DNA of 64,000 bases from Planctomycetota bacterium (lineage in GTDB: Bacteria > Planctomycetota > UBA8108): positions 3,435 to 67,434 of the forward strand of contig CBFHWB010000002.1 in NCBI GenBank assembly GCA_965659285.1, written 5' to 3'. A program made the translations under genes and the position numbers. Shown here piece after piece: positions 51,234 through 61,363 of this stretch (positions within the stretch are counted from its first letter, which is position 1; each line of letters opens with the position of its first letter). The notes beneath the pieces were generated by a model that was not told where the DNA came from, did no database searches, and saw nothing but the letters and a program-made list of their open reading frames with translations.

Positions 51234-51743
51234 TCAGGTTTCCCGTAGCAATTCGAGGTAGGGAACGGAGATGAAGGACTCCCTGTCGAGCTCGAGCAGG
51301 TTGATCACCTCTTCGCTTTCGGCCGTCCCTTTGGCGCTATCGATGTCGACCAGCACGGTTTCTAATTCGAGGAAGTCCCCCAGGCCTTCAACCCGGTCAA
51401 GGTGGACCCGGGTATTGCGATAGATCCAGAGGGCTCTCTGTTTCTCCACCCTGCCGAGGATGCCAAGAGAGCTTTCGAGGACTGAGTGGAGCTCGCTCGG
51501 CTCGTCAATGCGCAGGATGTGGTAGTCCGATTCCCTGGGGCCGGAGTTTTCTACTGAACGCCTGTAGGAGATCAGCTCGGCCGGGCAGCCTTCCACCTCG
51601 CGCAGCTTCAGCCACCCGGAGGGTGAATGATAGAAGGTGTCGACCTGTCTTCGCGTCCACTCGAGCTCCGCCCCAAGGGAGCGCAGTCGCTCCTCGGTGC
51701 CCGGCCTGTCGGCAAGGGGACTCTTGATCTCGATGTTCTTCAA
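51234..51743 (-). CDS. CYTH domain protein (class IV adenylyl cyclase / triphosphatase fold)
   Basis: About 170 aa with the N-terminal ExExK-like motif (NIEIKSP) and CYTH length and topology. Confidence 0.55.
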   Translation of the reverse strand: MKNIEIKSPLADRPGTEERLRSLGAELEWTRRQVDTFYHSPSGWLKLREVEGCPAELISYRRSVENSGPRESDYHILRIDEPSELHSVLESSLGILGRVEKQRALWIYRNTRVHLDRVEGLGDFLELETVLVDIDSAKGTAESEEVINLLELDRESFISVPYLELLRET

Positions 51744-52687
51744 GAGGTCTCTCCCTGGAAGTTCTTTTCCAGGAGCGCGTGGCCCGCCGGCACGGAGAGC
51801 TCGAGGTCCCGCTCGTCAACGGTCTGGAGTCTCTCGATCCCGAGCTCGGTCGCGGCCCGGTGGTACATGTCTCCCACCACGCCAGCGGCGGCTACAAAAA
51901 TGTCACTGCCGCAATTCCCGGCAGGCTCCAGTTCGGCCGAGAGCAGGAGGCCGCTGAGGTAGGCTCCGTTTTCCCGGGGCTCCTTGCCGCCGAGAACCTG
52001 GCGGGTTCTCGCGGCGAAGAGTCCGCCCGAGAGTCCATCCCGGGCTCCTGAGCGAACCCCCTCGACAAAGGCATCCTCGAGCCCCGCGAGGGTTTCAGGC
52101 TCCTCCACGGTGTGGCGGAGGATGCTGTGCTGGGTGAGAATCGCGTAGAGCTCGCCGGTCATGAAGGTCCTCAGGGAGGAAATCTCGCCTTCGCGTGCCT
52201 GGAGGTGCTTGGAGTGGGTGCCGGGCAGGATCAGCAGGGTCTCTTCTTCTGTTCTTCCGAGGAGCTTCAGCAGCCCGAGAGCCTCGGTCTCCTCGCCGCG
52301 AAGGACGTCATCTTCGCTTCTAAGACCTGAGACCAGGCGTACGGGGCAGGGACGGCTTTCGGTGAGAGCTCCCAGGGCGGCGATGGTCGCCCCGCTGCCG
52401 TCGAGAGGGAACGGGAGTCGGGCGTAGTCCAGTTCACGCCAGCCGATCGACGAGCTGGCCATGCCGGAGATCCACAGGGGGATTTCGGAAGCCTGGTCTT
52501 CGGGGCCGGGAAGCTCGTCGATCCTGTCTACGAGATAGGAGGCGAAGCGGCCGGGATCATCGCCCTCGAGACGGTCGATGCCATCGGCTGTGCGGAGCTC
52601 GCCGGTGACCTCCAGCGAGGGCAAATGGACCAGCCTCAACCTGAAGTTTGAGGTGCCCCAGTCGCAGCTGTAAAAAGAATGACCCAT
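51740..52687 (-). CDS. 2-dehydro-3-deoxygalactonokinase (DgoK family)
   Basis: Start at MGHSFYSCDWGTSNFRL, which is the DgoK N-terminal DWGT(S/T)N motif. The tool ORF extends 39 codons upstream without support. Confidence 0.65.
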   Translation of the reverse strand: MGHSFYSCDWGTSNFRLRLVHLPSLEVTGELRTADGIDRLEGDDPGRFASYLVDRIDELPGPEDQASEIPLWISGMASSSIGWRELDYARLPFPLDGSGATIAALGALTESRPCPVRLVSGLRSEDDVLRGEETEALGLLKLLGRTEEETLLILPGTHSKHLQAREGEISSLRTFMTGELYAILTQHSILRHTVEEPETLAGLEDAFVEGVRSGARDGLSGGLFAARTRQVLGGKEPRENGAYLSGLLLSAELEPAGNCGSDIFVAAAGVVGDMYHRAATELGIERLQTVDERDLELSVPAGHALLEKNFQGETS

Positions 52688-52797
52688 CGTGCGTGATCCT
52701 GGACAGACCGAAACAGGACTTTTGGTTACAATAACCCGCCGTGCTGGCGTTGTCGCCAGCATAGTTGACGACTGGAACACTGTCGGAGAGCTTGCAA

Positions 52798-53361
52798 ATG
52801 CCAAAGGTCCTGCTGCCCATCGGAGATGCGACGGAGGTTCTGGATACCATGTATCCGTTCTTTCGCCTGCCCGAGGATGATTTCGAGGTCGTGGTCGCCG
52901 GCCCCGAGGCTCGTCTCTATCATATGGTCCTGCACGAGGTGCCGCCCGACTCCGAGTGGGACATCACGCAGGAGACCCCCGGCTATCATATCGAGGCGAC
53001 CGTAGCCTTCAGGGATGTTGACCCGGGTGAATACGCCGGGCTCTTCGTCTCAGGCGGCCGGGCGCCGGAGTACCTGCGCTATGACGAGGATCTGTTGAGG
53101 CTCACGCGCCACTTCTTCGAGACGGGCAAGCCTGTCGCCGCGCTCTGTCACGGGGTGGAGATCCTCACGGCCGCCGGTTGCATCGAGGGCCGGACGCTGA
53201 CCACCGTGGCCAAGTGCGCTCTCGATGTCGAACAGGGCGGAGCCGCCTATGTCGATGAGCCGACGGTGATCGACGGGAACCTGGTCACGGCAAGAACCTG
53301 GCACGACAACACCCCGCTCTTGAAGGCCTTCGTCGAGATGCTCAAAAGCGCCGGGCAATGA
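52798..53361 (+). CDS. DJ-1/PfpI family protein
   Basis: Start at MPKVLLP. Nucleophile elbow with Cys (AALCHG). Confidence 0.75.
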   Translation: MPKVLLPIGDATEVLDTMYPFFRLPEDDFEVVVAGPEARLYHMVLHEVPPDSEWDITQETPGYHIEATVAFRDVDPGEYAGLFVSGGRAPEYLRYDEDLLRLTRHFFETGKPVAALCHGVEILTAAGCIEGRTLTTVAKCALDVEQGGAAYVDEPTVIDGNLVTARTWHDNTPLLKAFVEMLKSAGQ

Positions 53362-53368
53362 CCGCAGC

Positions 53369-53812
53369 TCAGAGCTCGACCCTTCGGTAGCTCATCTCCC
53401 ACTCCTTCATCCACTCGAAGGATTTCGGCTCGATCCGGTAGAGCACGAAGCGCTCATCGGCCTCCGCGTCGGGGAAGAAGCCGCGCCAGAGCTGGGGGCT
53501 CAGCGTTGTCTCTATCAGCTCCTTCTTGACGGAGGCGTCTTCGACCACCACGGCTGTCCCCGCCACCCGAACCTGCCAGTGCTCGGCGTCCACAAAGCAG
53601 ATCTCCACCCTGGGGTTGGCCTCGAGCTCCGCGATCTTCCGGGTCTCGGTATGGCTTGGAATGAGAATGGAGAGGTCATCCTGGAGAAACGCGCAGACGG
53701 GCCGGACCCGCGGGCTGTTCTCGATGGGACAGATGGTCGCCAGATCACCATAGACACAGCTTTTGATGATTCGGACAATGGTTTCCCTGGTTTCAGGATC
53801 GAGTTCACTCAC
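53369..53812 (-). CDS. pyridoxamine 5'-phosphate oxidase-like FMN-binding protein
   Basis: Split-barrel PNPOx-like length and pattern (region ICPIENSPRVRPVCAF). Confidence 0.55.
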   Translation of the reverse strand: MSELDPETRETIVRIIKSCVYGDLATICPIENSPRVRPVCAFLQDDLSILIPSHTETRKIAELEANPRVEICFVDAEHWQVRVAGTAVVVEDASVKKELIETTLSPQLWRGFFPDAEADERFVLYRIEPKSFEWMKEWEMSYRRVEL

Positions 53813-53950
53813 GTTTTTTCTCCGGGTGAAGAGGCTGCGCGGCTTGTCGTCGTCGGCCGTTCTGTTCCAGACTAACCGAGGTTCTCATCAAGTAAAAGAG
53901 CCCCCGAGCGCAAACTTCGGGAGGGTCTTATCAAGGGGGAGGCCAGCAAG

Positions 53951-54673
53951 GTGAAGCCATCTGTTTTCCTGATTATGATGATTGTGTCCGGCGCCTGTTT
54001 TCAAGCCGCCGCAACCGATAAGGCAGCCAAGGTCTACGAGGTCGTGAAGGTAAAAGACTTTGAGATCACCGGTGGCGGGGGAGGCGAGGCCTGGCGGAAG
54101 GCCGCCTGGGGGGAGATGAAGCGGGAGGGGAAAGACGGGCTTACCTATTTCTCCCGGTTCAAGGCCGTGTATTCAGCGACGGGTCTTTATTTCTTCATGA
54201 CCGGCAGCGACGAGCGCCTGACGGCGACGATGCAGAAAGATTTTATGGACCTGTTTCTCGAGGACGTCTTCGAGGTCTTTCTCTGGCCCGATGAAAACCA
54301 GCCGCTCTATTTCGAATACGAGATCTCGCCGCTGAACCGCGAGCTGCCGCTCATGGTGACAAACATCAACAACAGGATCATGGGCTGGCTTCCCTGGCAT
54401 TACACAGGCGATCGCAAGACCCGCAAAAAGACCGGGGTGATCGGCAACGAGCTCAAGCCGGGGGCGGTGATCAAGGGCTGGCGCGCGGAGTTCTTCATCC
54501 CTTTCAAACTGTTGGCGCCCCTGCTTGCAGCGCCTGTGAAGAAGGGAGATCGCTGGCGGGCGAATTTCTATCGAGTGGATTACGACAGGAAGCAGACGAC
54601 AAAGTGGGAGTGGTCGCCGGTAAAAGGAGATTTCCACAGGCCAAAGGATTTCGGAACGCTCCTGTTTCGCTGA
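53951..54673 (+). CDS. secreted carbohydrate-binding (CBM9/DOMON-like) domain protein
   Basis: Signal peptide. Trp/aromatic-rich beta-sandwich pattern. Start is either the GTG at 53951 or the ATG at 53975. Confidence 0.45.
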   Translation: MKPSVFLIMMIVSGACFQAAATDKAAKVYEVVKVKDFEITGGGGGEAWRKAAWGEMKREGKDGLTYFSRFKAVYSATGLYFFMTGSDERLTATMQKDFMDLFLEDVFEVFLWPDENQPLYFEYEISPLNRELPLMVTNINNRIMGWLPWHYTGDRKTRKKTGVIGNELKPGAVIKGWRAEFFIPFKLLAPLLAAPVKKGDRWRANFYRVDYDRKQTTKWEWSPVKGDFHRPKDFGTLLFR

Positions 54674-54701
54674 CCCTCGCCGAGCGCCTTGCCAGCGGAT
54701 G

Positions 54702-54746
54702 AAAAAACCCCCCGTCTCCCGGAGGAGGCGGGGGGGTTGTTTTCCA
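54702..54746. terminator. bidirectional intrinsic terminator between convergent genes
   Basis: AAAAAA - CCCCCCGTCTCC - loop - GGAGGCGGGGGGG - TTGTTTT. This is a roughly 12-bp GC-rich stem with one bulge, flanked by an A-tract on one side and a T-tract on the other. Confidence 0.6.
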
Positions 54747-54754
54747 GGCTTGTG

Positions 54755-56095
54755 TCAGATGAACATCTCGGTGACCGGCTCGTCGGAATCGGCCATCTTG
54801 ATGGCGCGTCCAATGGCCAGCTTGTTCTCCTTGACCGGGTTGATCCGGAGCATGGAGAGCAGGGTCGAGTAGAGCTCGCCGACAAGGACGGGGCGGTTCC
54901 GTACCTCCTGCCCATCGGTGCTCGAGGAACCGATGACGGTCCCTCCCTTGACTCCGCCGCCGGCGACCATGGCGCTGAAGCAGCGCGGGAAGTGATCGCG
55001 TCCATTGTTGCGATTGATCTTCGGGGTTCTTCCGAACTCACCCATGCAGACGATCAGCGTCGAGTCGAGCAGACCCTTGGAGCGAAGCTCCTTCATGAGC
55101 CCGCTGAGGGCGGGGTCGAGGATCGCGGCTCGCGCGCTCACGGCGTTGAAGTTGTTGGTATGGGTGTCCCAGCCGCCGAGGTTCATCTGGACAAAGGGGA
55201 CGCCTTTTTGTACGAGCCGCGCCGCCATCAGCGACTGGAGGCCGAAATTGTTCAGGCCAAAGCCCTTGCGAACGGCCTCGGGCTCGTTACGGACATCGAA
55301 TACCTTGGCGCTGGGGGAGTCCAGGAGACTGAGAGCTTTCTTGCGCACGGTTCGGTGCCCGGCGAGGAACTCGCCGCGTTTCGAAGAGAGATACTTATTG
55401 TCGAGCATGCCAAGCAACCCGAGCCGGGAATTGAAGCGGCCCTTGTCCACGTCGCCGGGATACTGCAGATAGGGCACCGGGCGGGAGGGGTTGTCGACCT
55501 GGAAGGGTCCATAGCGCACTCCGAGGTAGCCCGGTCCGTAGGATCCTCCGCCGATCGAGACAAAGTGAGGGAGATCCGAGTTTTCCTTGCCCAATTCCTT
55601 GGCGACCAGGGCGCCGAAGGACGGGTGGGTGATCGCGCCGGTCATCCTGTAGCCGGTGTGCATCAGGTAGCTGCCGCGGGAGTGGTCTCCCTCGGGAGAG
55701 GTCAGGCTGCGGACAAGGCAGACATCCTTCGATTCCTTGGCGACCCCGGGGTAGTGCTGGGCGATCTGGAAGTCGCTGGCGGTATCGATCCCCTTGGTCT
55801 CTCCGCCGTTTTGATGGTCGGGCTTCGGATCCCAGGTGTCGAGCTGGCTGGGGCCGCCGCCGAGCCAGACCAGGATGCAGCTCTTGGCCTTGCCCTTTTG
55901 CCAGGGCTGTACGCCTCCGACAACCGTTTTGCCGCGGCTGTTGTCCTGGACCTGGAGCGGGGCGGCCGGGCTTCCAGAGGCCCAGCCAAGCACCATCGAG
56001 CAACCGAGTCCGCCGACTCCAACTCTGAGGAAGTCACGGCGGTCCTGGGAAGGGCTGCTGTGCTGCGTGGTCGATTTCGCATCAAGTGGTTTCAT
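54755..56095 (-). CDS. DUF1501 domain protein (sulfatase-like fold) with twin-arginine signal
   Basis: Tat motif RRDFLRVG. DUF1501 length and conserved blocks. Forms the canonical pair with the adjacent DUF1549/DUF1553 gene. Confidence 0.85.
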   Translation of the reverse strand: MKPLDAKSTTQHSSPSQDRRDFLRVGVGGLGCSMVLGWASGSPAAPLQVQDNSRGKTVVGGVQPWQKGKAKSCILVWLGGGPSQLDTWDPKPDHQNGGETKGIDTASDFQIAQHYPGVAKESKDVCLVRSLTSPEGDHSRGSYLMHTGYRMTGAITHPSFGALVAKELGKENSDLPHFVSIGGGSYGPGYLGVRYGPFQVDNPSRPVPYLQYPGDVDKGRFNSRLGLLGMLDNKYLSSKRGEFLAGHRTVRKKALSLLDSPSAKVFDVRNEPEAVRKGFGLNNFGLQSLMAARLVQKGVPFVQMNLGGWDTHTNNFNAVSARAAILDPALSGLMKELRSKGLLDSTLIVCMGEFGRTPKINRNNGRDHFPRCFSAMVAGGGVKGGTVIGSSSTDGQEVRNRPVLVGELYSTLLSMLRINPVKENKLAIGRAIKMADSDEPVTEMFI

Positions 56096-56148
56096 TTTCT
56101 TTCCTTTCGTGCCGCGCGGGATTCGCGAGACGTACGAGTTTCTTTCGT

Positions 56149-57909
56149 TTAGCTTGAATGCAGGAACTCCGCGGAGTTCAGCAGCGCCCAGTGAATATCA
56201 GCAAGCGCCGATTGCCGCTGGGCATCGTCCCGTGCTGATTGCGCGTGGCGGGTGAAGGCGCTTCGCTCGGCGGCCGAAGGCAGACGGCCCAGGCTCGCCA
56301 GGAAGAGCTGATCGACATGCCTGTTCGGCGCGATACCGTGCAGGACCACATCCAGGTTTCCAGGATACTTCTTCTGATAGCTGGCGTGATAGGGTCTCGA
56401 TGCCGGCGCCTTGCTCGATGTGAACTCACCGTTAAAGAGCAGCAGCACCTGCAGCACAGTCCCCTGGAACTCCATCCGCTTTTCTGTCTCGTCGACTCCG
56501 AAGCGCCTGACGAATTCGCGTTCAGCCTTCTGGACGTAGCTCTTCACCTGGCGGGCGTTGTTTTCCGGGTGGGGGTCTTCCATGCCGGTAGCTCTGAGGA
56601 CCGACCGCACCAGCACCTCGGGCTCGAGGGGGCGGATGGGGATGGTGGTGAAGAGGTCGTGTTCTTCTCCCGGCACGATTCCCCCGGGAACTCCCTGGAC
56701 AGCCTGCTGGCGGTAGGCTCTCGTCAGGACGATGATCTTCTGCAGCCGCCTGAGGTCGTAGCCGCTGGCCACGAAGTCCCGGGTCAGGTACTCGAGCACC
56801 CCGGGCAGGATGATCTTGGAGTCTTCCGAGAAGTCGTCGATCGGGTTGACGAAGCCCTTGCCGAGGAAGCGTGCCCAGACCCGGTTGACCAGGCTGCGCG
56901 CAAAGTACTTGTTCTTGTCCGAGGTCAGCCATTTGACCAGGTTCTTGCGCCGGTTGGAGGCCCCGTAGTCGGTAACCTTCGAGCCCTTGCGGGCCATCAT
57001 CATCTTCGATTCCATCTTCTTCCGGTCGAGCTTGCTGGCCCCGGTCTTCGGCTTGGGGAGGGGATCGAGAGGGCTGTAGTTTTCCGGCCTGTTGTAGCGT
57101 ACGCCGAAGTACATCGGCTGGATCTCCATGGCACGATGTCCTTTTTTCATCGGCGGCATGGTCAGCTCTCCACTGGCCCGGGAGCGGATCCCGTATCTGC
57201 GGGAATCGCCGCCGGCTCGGTCGTAGTCGCGGTAGCGCTGGGTGCGGGCAAAGAAGGCGGCAAAGCCGAAGAACTCCTCGCGTTTGACGTCAGCATAGGG
57301 GTGGTCATGGCATTGGGCGCATTCGATTCGAGTGCCGAGGAAGATTCGGGAGACCTTGCCGGCCATGTCTTCTGGCTTGGCTTCGTAGCGCAGGTAGAAG
57401 TTAACCGCAGGGTCGTTGCTGGGCAGGCCCGCGCTCAGGAGGATTTCACGTGAGAGCTCGTTGTAGGGTTTATTGGCCAGGAAGCTTTTCCGCAGCCAGG
57501 TGCGGAAGCTGCCGCGGTCGAGCCCGTCGGTATTTCCCTTTCTTCCGATCAGGGTGTGTTCCCAGACCTCTGCCTCGAACTCGGCATGATCGGGAGTCTG
57601 GAGAAACCAGCTTGACCATTTGCTGGCCTTGTTTCGCGAGCGGTCGTTGAGAAACTGGTCAATCTCATCCGGGTAGGGAATGACGCCCCGCAGATCGATC
57701 GACAAGCGCCTGAAAAAAGCTCTTTCCGAAGCCATCGGCGCCGCGTTGGTGAAGGCCTCGCTCCAGATCTCGCGGAGCAGCAGGTTGACGTCCGCCGCGG
57801 CTTTTTCAGGTTCAGGCAACTTGGGAGCGGCCTGGGTAGCAGTGCTCAGCAGGACACTGGAAAAAACGACCAGAATTCCGACAAGTCTGTTCTGTGAGGA
57901 GCTCATCAT
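56149..57909 (-). CDS. DUF1549/DUF1553 (PSD1-type) domain protein
   Basis: Signature block TRIECAQCHDHPY (DUF1549), with a DUF1553-type C-terminal half. Signal peptide after MMSSSQ. Confidence 0.85.
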   Translation of the reverse strand: MMSSSQNRLVGILVVFSSVLLSTATQAAPKLPEPEKAAADVNLLLREIWSEAFTNAAPMASERAFFRRLSIDLRGVIPYPDEIDQFLNDRSRNKASKWSSWFLQTPDHAEFEAEVWEHTLIGRKGNTDGLDRGSFRTWLRKSFLANKPYNELSREILLSAGLPSNDPAVNFYLRYEAKPEDMAGKVSRIFLGTRIECAQCHDHPYADVKREEFFGFAAFFARTQRYRDYDRAGGDSRRYGIRSRASGELTMPPMKKGHRAMEIQPMYFGVRYNRPENYSPLDPLPKPKTGASKLDRKKMESKMMMARKGSKVTDYGASNRRKNLVKWLTSDKNKYFARSLVNRVWARFLGKGFVNPIDDFSEDSKIILPGVLEYLTRDFVASGYDLRRLQKIIVLTRAYRQQAVQGVPGGIVPGEEHDLFTTIPIRPLEPEVLVRSVLRATGMEDPHPENNARQVKSYVQKAEREFVRRFGVDETEKRMEFQGTVLQVLLLFNGEFTSSKAPASRPYHASYQKKYPGNLDVVLHGIAPNRHVDQLFLASLGRLPSAAERSAFTRHAQSARDDAQRQSALADIHWALLNSAEFLHSS

Positions 57910-58075
57910 GCCTCTTTCAGTAGATCTAAGTGTATTCAAGCTTTGCACTACCCTCTAAGTTACCTATTATAGTTTGTTGGATTCGCTAACATCCAAATCT
58001 TTTCAGGGCTTCCATTTAGCCCAGTGGCCCATCTGTCTGCATTTCCGCCTGAAAAGCGGTTTTACCGGTGGTGAC

Positions 58076-59995
58076 ATGAGTTTTCGTTCAAATCACTTAA
58101 AACGGCTTCATTGCCTGTCTCTCTTCGTTCTGGTGCAGCTTTTCGGGGCGCTTCCCGTTTCTGCGCAGGCTCCAACCCGCCAACTCGCGGTCCCGTCCGG
58201 CGCCATCATCAGCCCGAAGACCGGTGGAACCGGGAAAGAGTCGAAATATCTCGAGTGGGCTCCAAAAATCAACGCTGCCGTCAACGAATTCAAGCGCGGC
58301 CGCAGGAGCGCTCCGGGCAAGGTTTTCGCGGAGTTCTGGCGTACCGACAAGAAGAACCCGATTCCCCGGAAGTTTCTCTCGGAGATCCTCATTGGCCAGG
58401 GAAAGCTCGAGCAGGCTCGTATGGTCCTGGGGTCGACTCTTCGTTTGAAGAGAGCCAAAGAGATCGAGCCGGTTCCGCTGACGGACTGGCATATCCTGGC
58501 TCCGTTAAAGTACGAGGGCAAGAAGAGCTTTGACGCCGAGTTGAAGCCGGAAAAAGAAAAGTTCAACTCCTCGGCCAAGTACACCGGAGATGGAAGGATC
58601 TGCCGTTGGAAGAAAGCGAAGGGTCCCCGTGTTGATTTTCGCGCGATACTCGAGATCGAGGGGACGGGTATCGGCTATGGTTATTGCCAGTTCATCGCCC
58701 GCAAGGCGGGCTGGGTGCGTTTCGGCATCGGTTCCGGGGATGGGGTCAAGCTCTGGTTGAACGATGAGCTGATCCACTCGAACTTCGTCCGACGTGACAT
58801 TGGCGAAGACCAGGACGAGGTTTACGCCTGGGTCCGGCGCGGCCGGAACACCGTTCGAGTCAAGGAGTCTTCCACGGGCGATGAGTTCAGGTTCTATATT
58901 CAGATCTACGACGAGCTTGATCTCCCATCCTCGAAGTTCCTGGACCGGGCTCTTGCAGGCTACAAGGCGCTTGACCGCGCCCGCTACGATGACGCGCTGG
59001 AGTCGTTCATGGCGGCGGAGGCCGAGCGTCCGGGCGTGCCCGAGGTGGCGGTTGGCATCGCTGAGACCATGCTCCGCCAGGAGAACCTGGTGGCCGCACG
59101 CGGCTGGGTCAACCGGGCTCTCCTTGAGCGCGCCAATTCCGTTCGGGGGCTCCTGGTCTACGGCGAGGTGATGCTGCTTCTGCGCCAGCCTCTCAAGGCC
59201 TTCGATGCTTTCAGGGCGGCCTATCGCTCCAGTGAGTACTCCGATGAAAAAGCCTTCGAGGTCTGGACCGAGAGCGCGGTCAAGGCCAGGTGGAATCTGC
59301 AGCGCGGTCTCGCTCTGCTGGACAGGTCCCGGGGCTTTCGCAAGGCCAGGAAGAAGACCGAGGCCGCGGGGTCCCTGGAGGAGGCTCGAGCCTTCCTGGA
59401 GCAGACCTTCGTGGGTCTCGCCGATCTGAGCGTCTACCATCGCGAGGGAGGTGACCGCAAGCAGGCGGCCAGCTACGGCGTCCGGGCTATCCAGAAGCTG
59501 AGCCCCCAGCAGGTGGCGCTGAATTGTTCGGCCGAGTGGCTGCTCAACCTGGTGAAAGATTTGCGTCAGACCCAGCCGGAAGACCAGGCCTCCCGCGAGC
59601 GCATCCTGAGGCTTGTTTCGCAGGTCGATCCGACCCGTTCGGACCTTATCCGGGAGCTCCTGGCTGTAAAGCCGGCCGCGGGCAGCTCAGCCATCTCCAG
59701 GAAGATCGAGGCTCTGCTCAAGAAACGTCCTGAATCCGCACTCTACAAAGAATACACCAGCCGGCTCTACTCGGCGGGTGATTACCGCCGCTGCGCGGAG
59801 ATCTGCGCCGAGGGCCTGGCCTCCGGCATCGTCTCCCGCACCCTGCGCTACAGGCAGGCCAACGCTCTTGTGAAGGTGAAGAGCTACGAGGAGGCTGAGG
59901 CGCTCTACAAGGGGTTGCTGGAGGAGAAAGACTACGTCAAGCGCGCGACCGAGGCGCTCCGGAAGCTTGCCCGGTTGCCCCGCCCCCAGGGCTGA
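58076..59995 (+). CDS. secreted protein with N-terminal beta-rich region and C-terminal TPR-like repeats, hypothetical
   Basis: Start at MSFRSNHLKRLHCLSLFVLVQLFGALPVSA (signal peptide). The tool ORF extends 34 codons upstream. Confidence 0.4.
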   Translation: MSFRSNHLKRLHCLSLFVLVQLFGALPVSAQAPTRQLAVPSGAIISPKTGGTGKESKYLEWAPKINAAVNEFKRGRRSAPGKVFAEFWRTDKKNPIPRKFLSEILIGQGKLEQARMVLGSTLRLKRAKEIEPVPLTDWHILAPLKYEGKKSFDAELKPEKEKFNSSAKYTGDGRICRWKKAKGPRVDFRAILEIEGTGIGYGYCQFIARKAGWVRFGIGSGDGVKLWLNDELIHSNFVRRDIGEDQDEVYAWVRRGRNTVRVKESSTGDEFRFYIQIYDELDLPSSKFLDRALAGYKALDRARYDDALESFMAAEAERPGVPEVAVGIAETMLRQENLVAARGWVNRALLERANSVRGLLVYGEVMLLLRQPLKAFDAFRAAYRSSEYSDEKAFEVWTESAVKARWNLQRGLALLDRSRGFRKARKKTEAAGSLEEARAFLEQTFVGLADLSVYHREGGDRKQAASYGVRAIQKLSPQQVALNCSAEWLLNLVKDLRQTQPEDQASRERILRLVSQVDPTRSDLIRELLAVKPAAGSSAISRKIEALLKKRPESALYKEYTSRLYSAGDYRRCAEICAEGLASGIVSRTLRYRQANALVKVKSYEEAEALYKGLLEEKDYVKRATEALRKLARLPRPQG

Positions 59996-61363
59996 TCAAG
60001 CTCCTGTCTCCTTCTCCGCGGGGATCTCGCTTCCATGCGGGTCGAGGTCCGGATTACCCAGCAGCTCCTCCAGTTCTTTGACAAGGCCGGGCTGTAGATG
60101 GTGCTCGATATGATCCGCCGCGTCGTGCACGTGGTCTGAGGCAGCTCCCATTTCGTGGATCATGTAGCTTTCCCAGAGGCGGTGGCCCCGGATGATTGCA
60201 GCGATCCGTTCGCGGCCCGTGGCGGTCAGGCTGAACGCTCCGCTTTCGACCTTTACCTCCCCTCGCGCCCTGCACCGCCTCAGCGCGCCACCGAGTTTTT
60301 CAGGCGGGTAGCCGAGGGGGGCGGCCACCTCCTCCATCCTGAAGCGCTGGTTGAAGATGCCCCCGGCGAGCCGGTAGATCGAGCCGAGCAGGTTTTCTTC
60401 CAGGATCCTCGATTCGAGGGTCCGCTTTCTCCAGGCCTGGGCCAGGAGTCCTTGTCCGGGGCTGAAGACCAGGGCGAGCAGGAATTGCAGGCCGGCAAAG
60501 ACGGCGACGGTTGGAGCCCGGGCGGTTTCGAAACTGACAGCCTCGAGGAGCACCGTCATCCAGGAGCCGAAGAAGGCGGCGCTGAGACCGAAGAGGGCGG
60601 AGAGCAGCAGAACTCTGTCGAAGCGCGAGCTGATGAGCTGGGCGGTGGCGGCGGGGATGATCAGCAGGGCGATCACCAGGATCGCGCCGACAGCCTCAAA
60701 GGCGACCACGATGGCCAGCGCCAGGAGGCTGGTCAGGAGCAGGTTCACCAGGCCTACGGGCAGCCCCAGCGTTCCGGCGAACTGGCTGTCAAAGGAGGTG
60801 ATGAGGATCTCCTTGTAGAAGCAGAGAAAAAAGATCACCACCAGGATGGAACACGCGAGGGTCGGTACGACCTGGTTGAGTTCGCCAATGACCTCCAGGG
60901 AACCGTAGAAAACGCAGTCCTGGTCAAAATGAGCGTCCCGAGCCGCCAGCCTGATGAGGATGACCCCGACCGCGAAGAAGGCGGGGAAGACCGCGCCAAG
61001 AGCCGTGTCAGGCTTGATGCGCGAGTACTTGTGCAGAGCCTCGATGAGCATCGTCGAGGCCAGCCCCGCCGCGAGCGCCCCTCCGAGGACAAAGAGCATC
61101 GTAGCCGAGGCGCCAAAGACGTGATCATCCTGTTCGAGGACGAGTCCGGCGAGCAGCAGGCCGCCGGCAATTCCCGGCAGGACGGAGTGGGAGACAGCGT
61201 CGCCGAGGAGCGCCGTGCGGCGCACCAGGAAGACGGAGCCGAGCAGGCCACAACTCATCGCCACGAGCAGGGCCATCAGCAGGGGCCAGGTGTCGATTTC
61301 CCAGTCGAACCAGAGCTCTGTGGCGGCCAGGCCAGGCCAGAATCTGAGTGGCAGGCAGCTCAT
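59996..61363 (-). CDS. metal (Mn/Zn/Fe) ABC transporter permease (ABC-3 family) with C-terminal DtxR-like repressor module (YtgC-YtgR-like fusion)
   Basis: N-terminal roughly 290 aa is an ABC-3 permease. The C-terminal roughly 150 aa aligns to DtxR over the HTH region (LLGSIYRLAGG...LGGALRRCRARGEVKV) and the metal-binding/dimerisation region (RGHRLWESYMIHEMGAASDHVHDAADHIEHHLQPGLVKELEELLGNPDLDPHGSEIP). Confidence 0.8.
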   Translation of the reverse strand: MSCLPLRFWPGLAATELWFDWEIDTWPLLMALLVAMSCGLLGSVFLVRRTALLGDAVSHSVLPGIAGGLLLAGLVLEQDDHVFGASATMLFVLGGALAAGLASTMLIEALHKYSRIKPDTALGAVFPAFFAVGVILIRLAARDAHFDQDCVFYGSLEVIGELNQVVPTLACSILVVIFFLCFYKEILITSFDSQFAGTLGLPVGLVNLLLTSLLALAIVVAFEAVGAILVIALLIIPAATAQLISSRFDRVLLLSALFGLSAAFFGSWMTVLLEAVSFETARAPTVAVFAGLQFLLALVFSPGQGLLAQAWRKRTLESRILEENLLGSIYRLAGGIFNQRFRMEEVAAPLGYPPEKLGGALRRCRARGEVKVESGAFSLTATGRERIAAIIRGHRLWESYMIHEMGAASDHVHDAADHIEHHLQPGLVKELEELLGNPDLDPHGSEIPAEKETGA

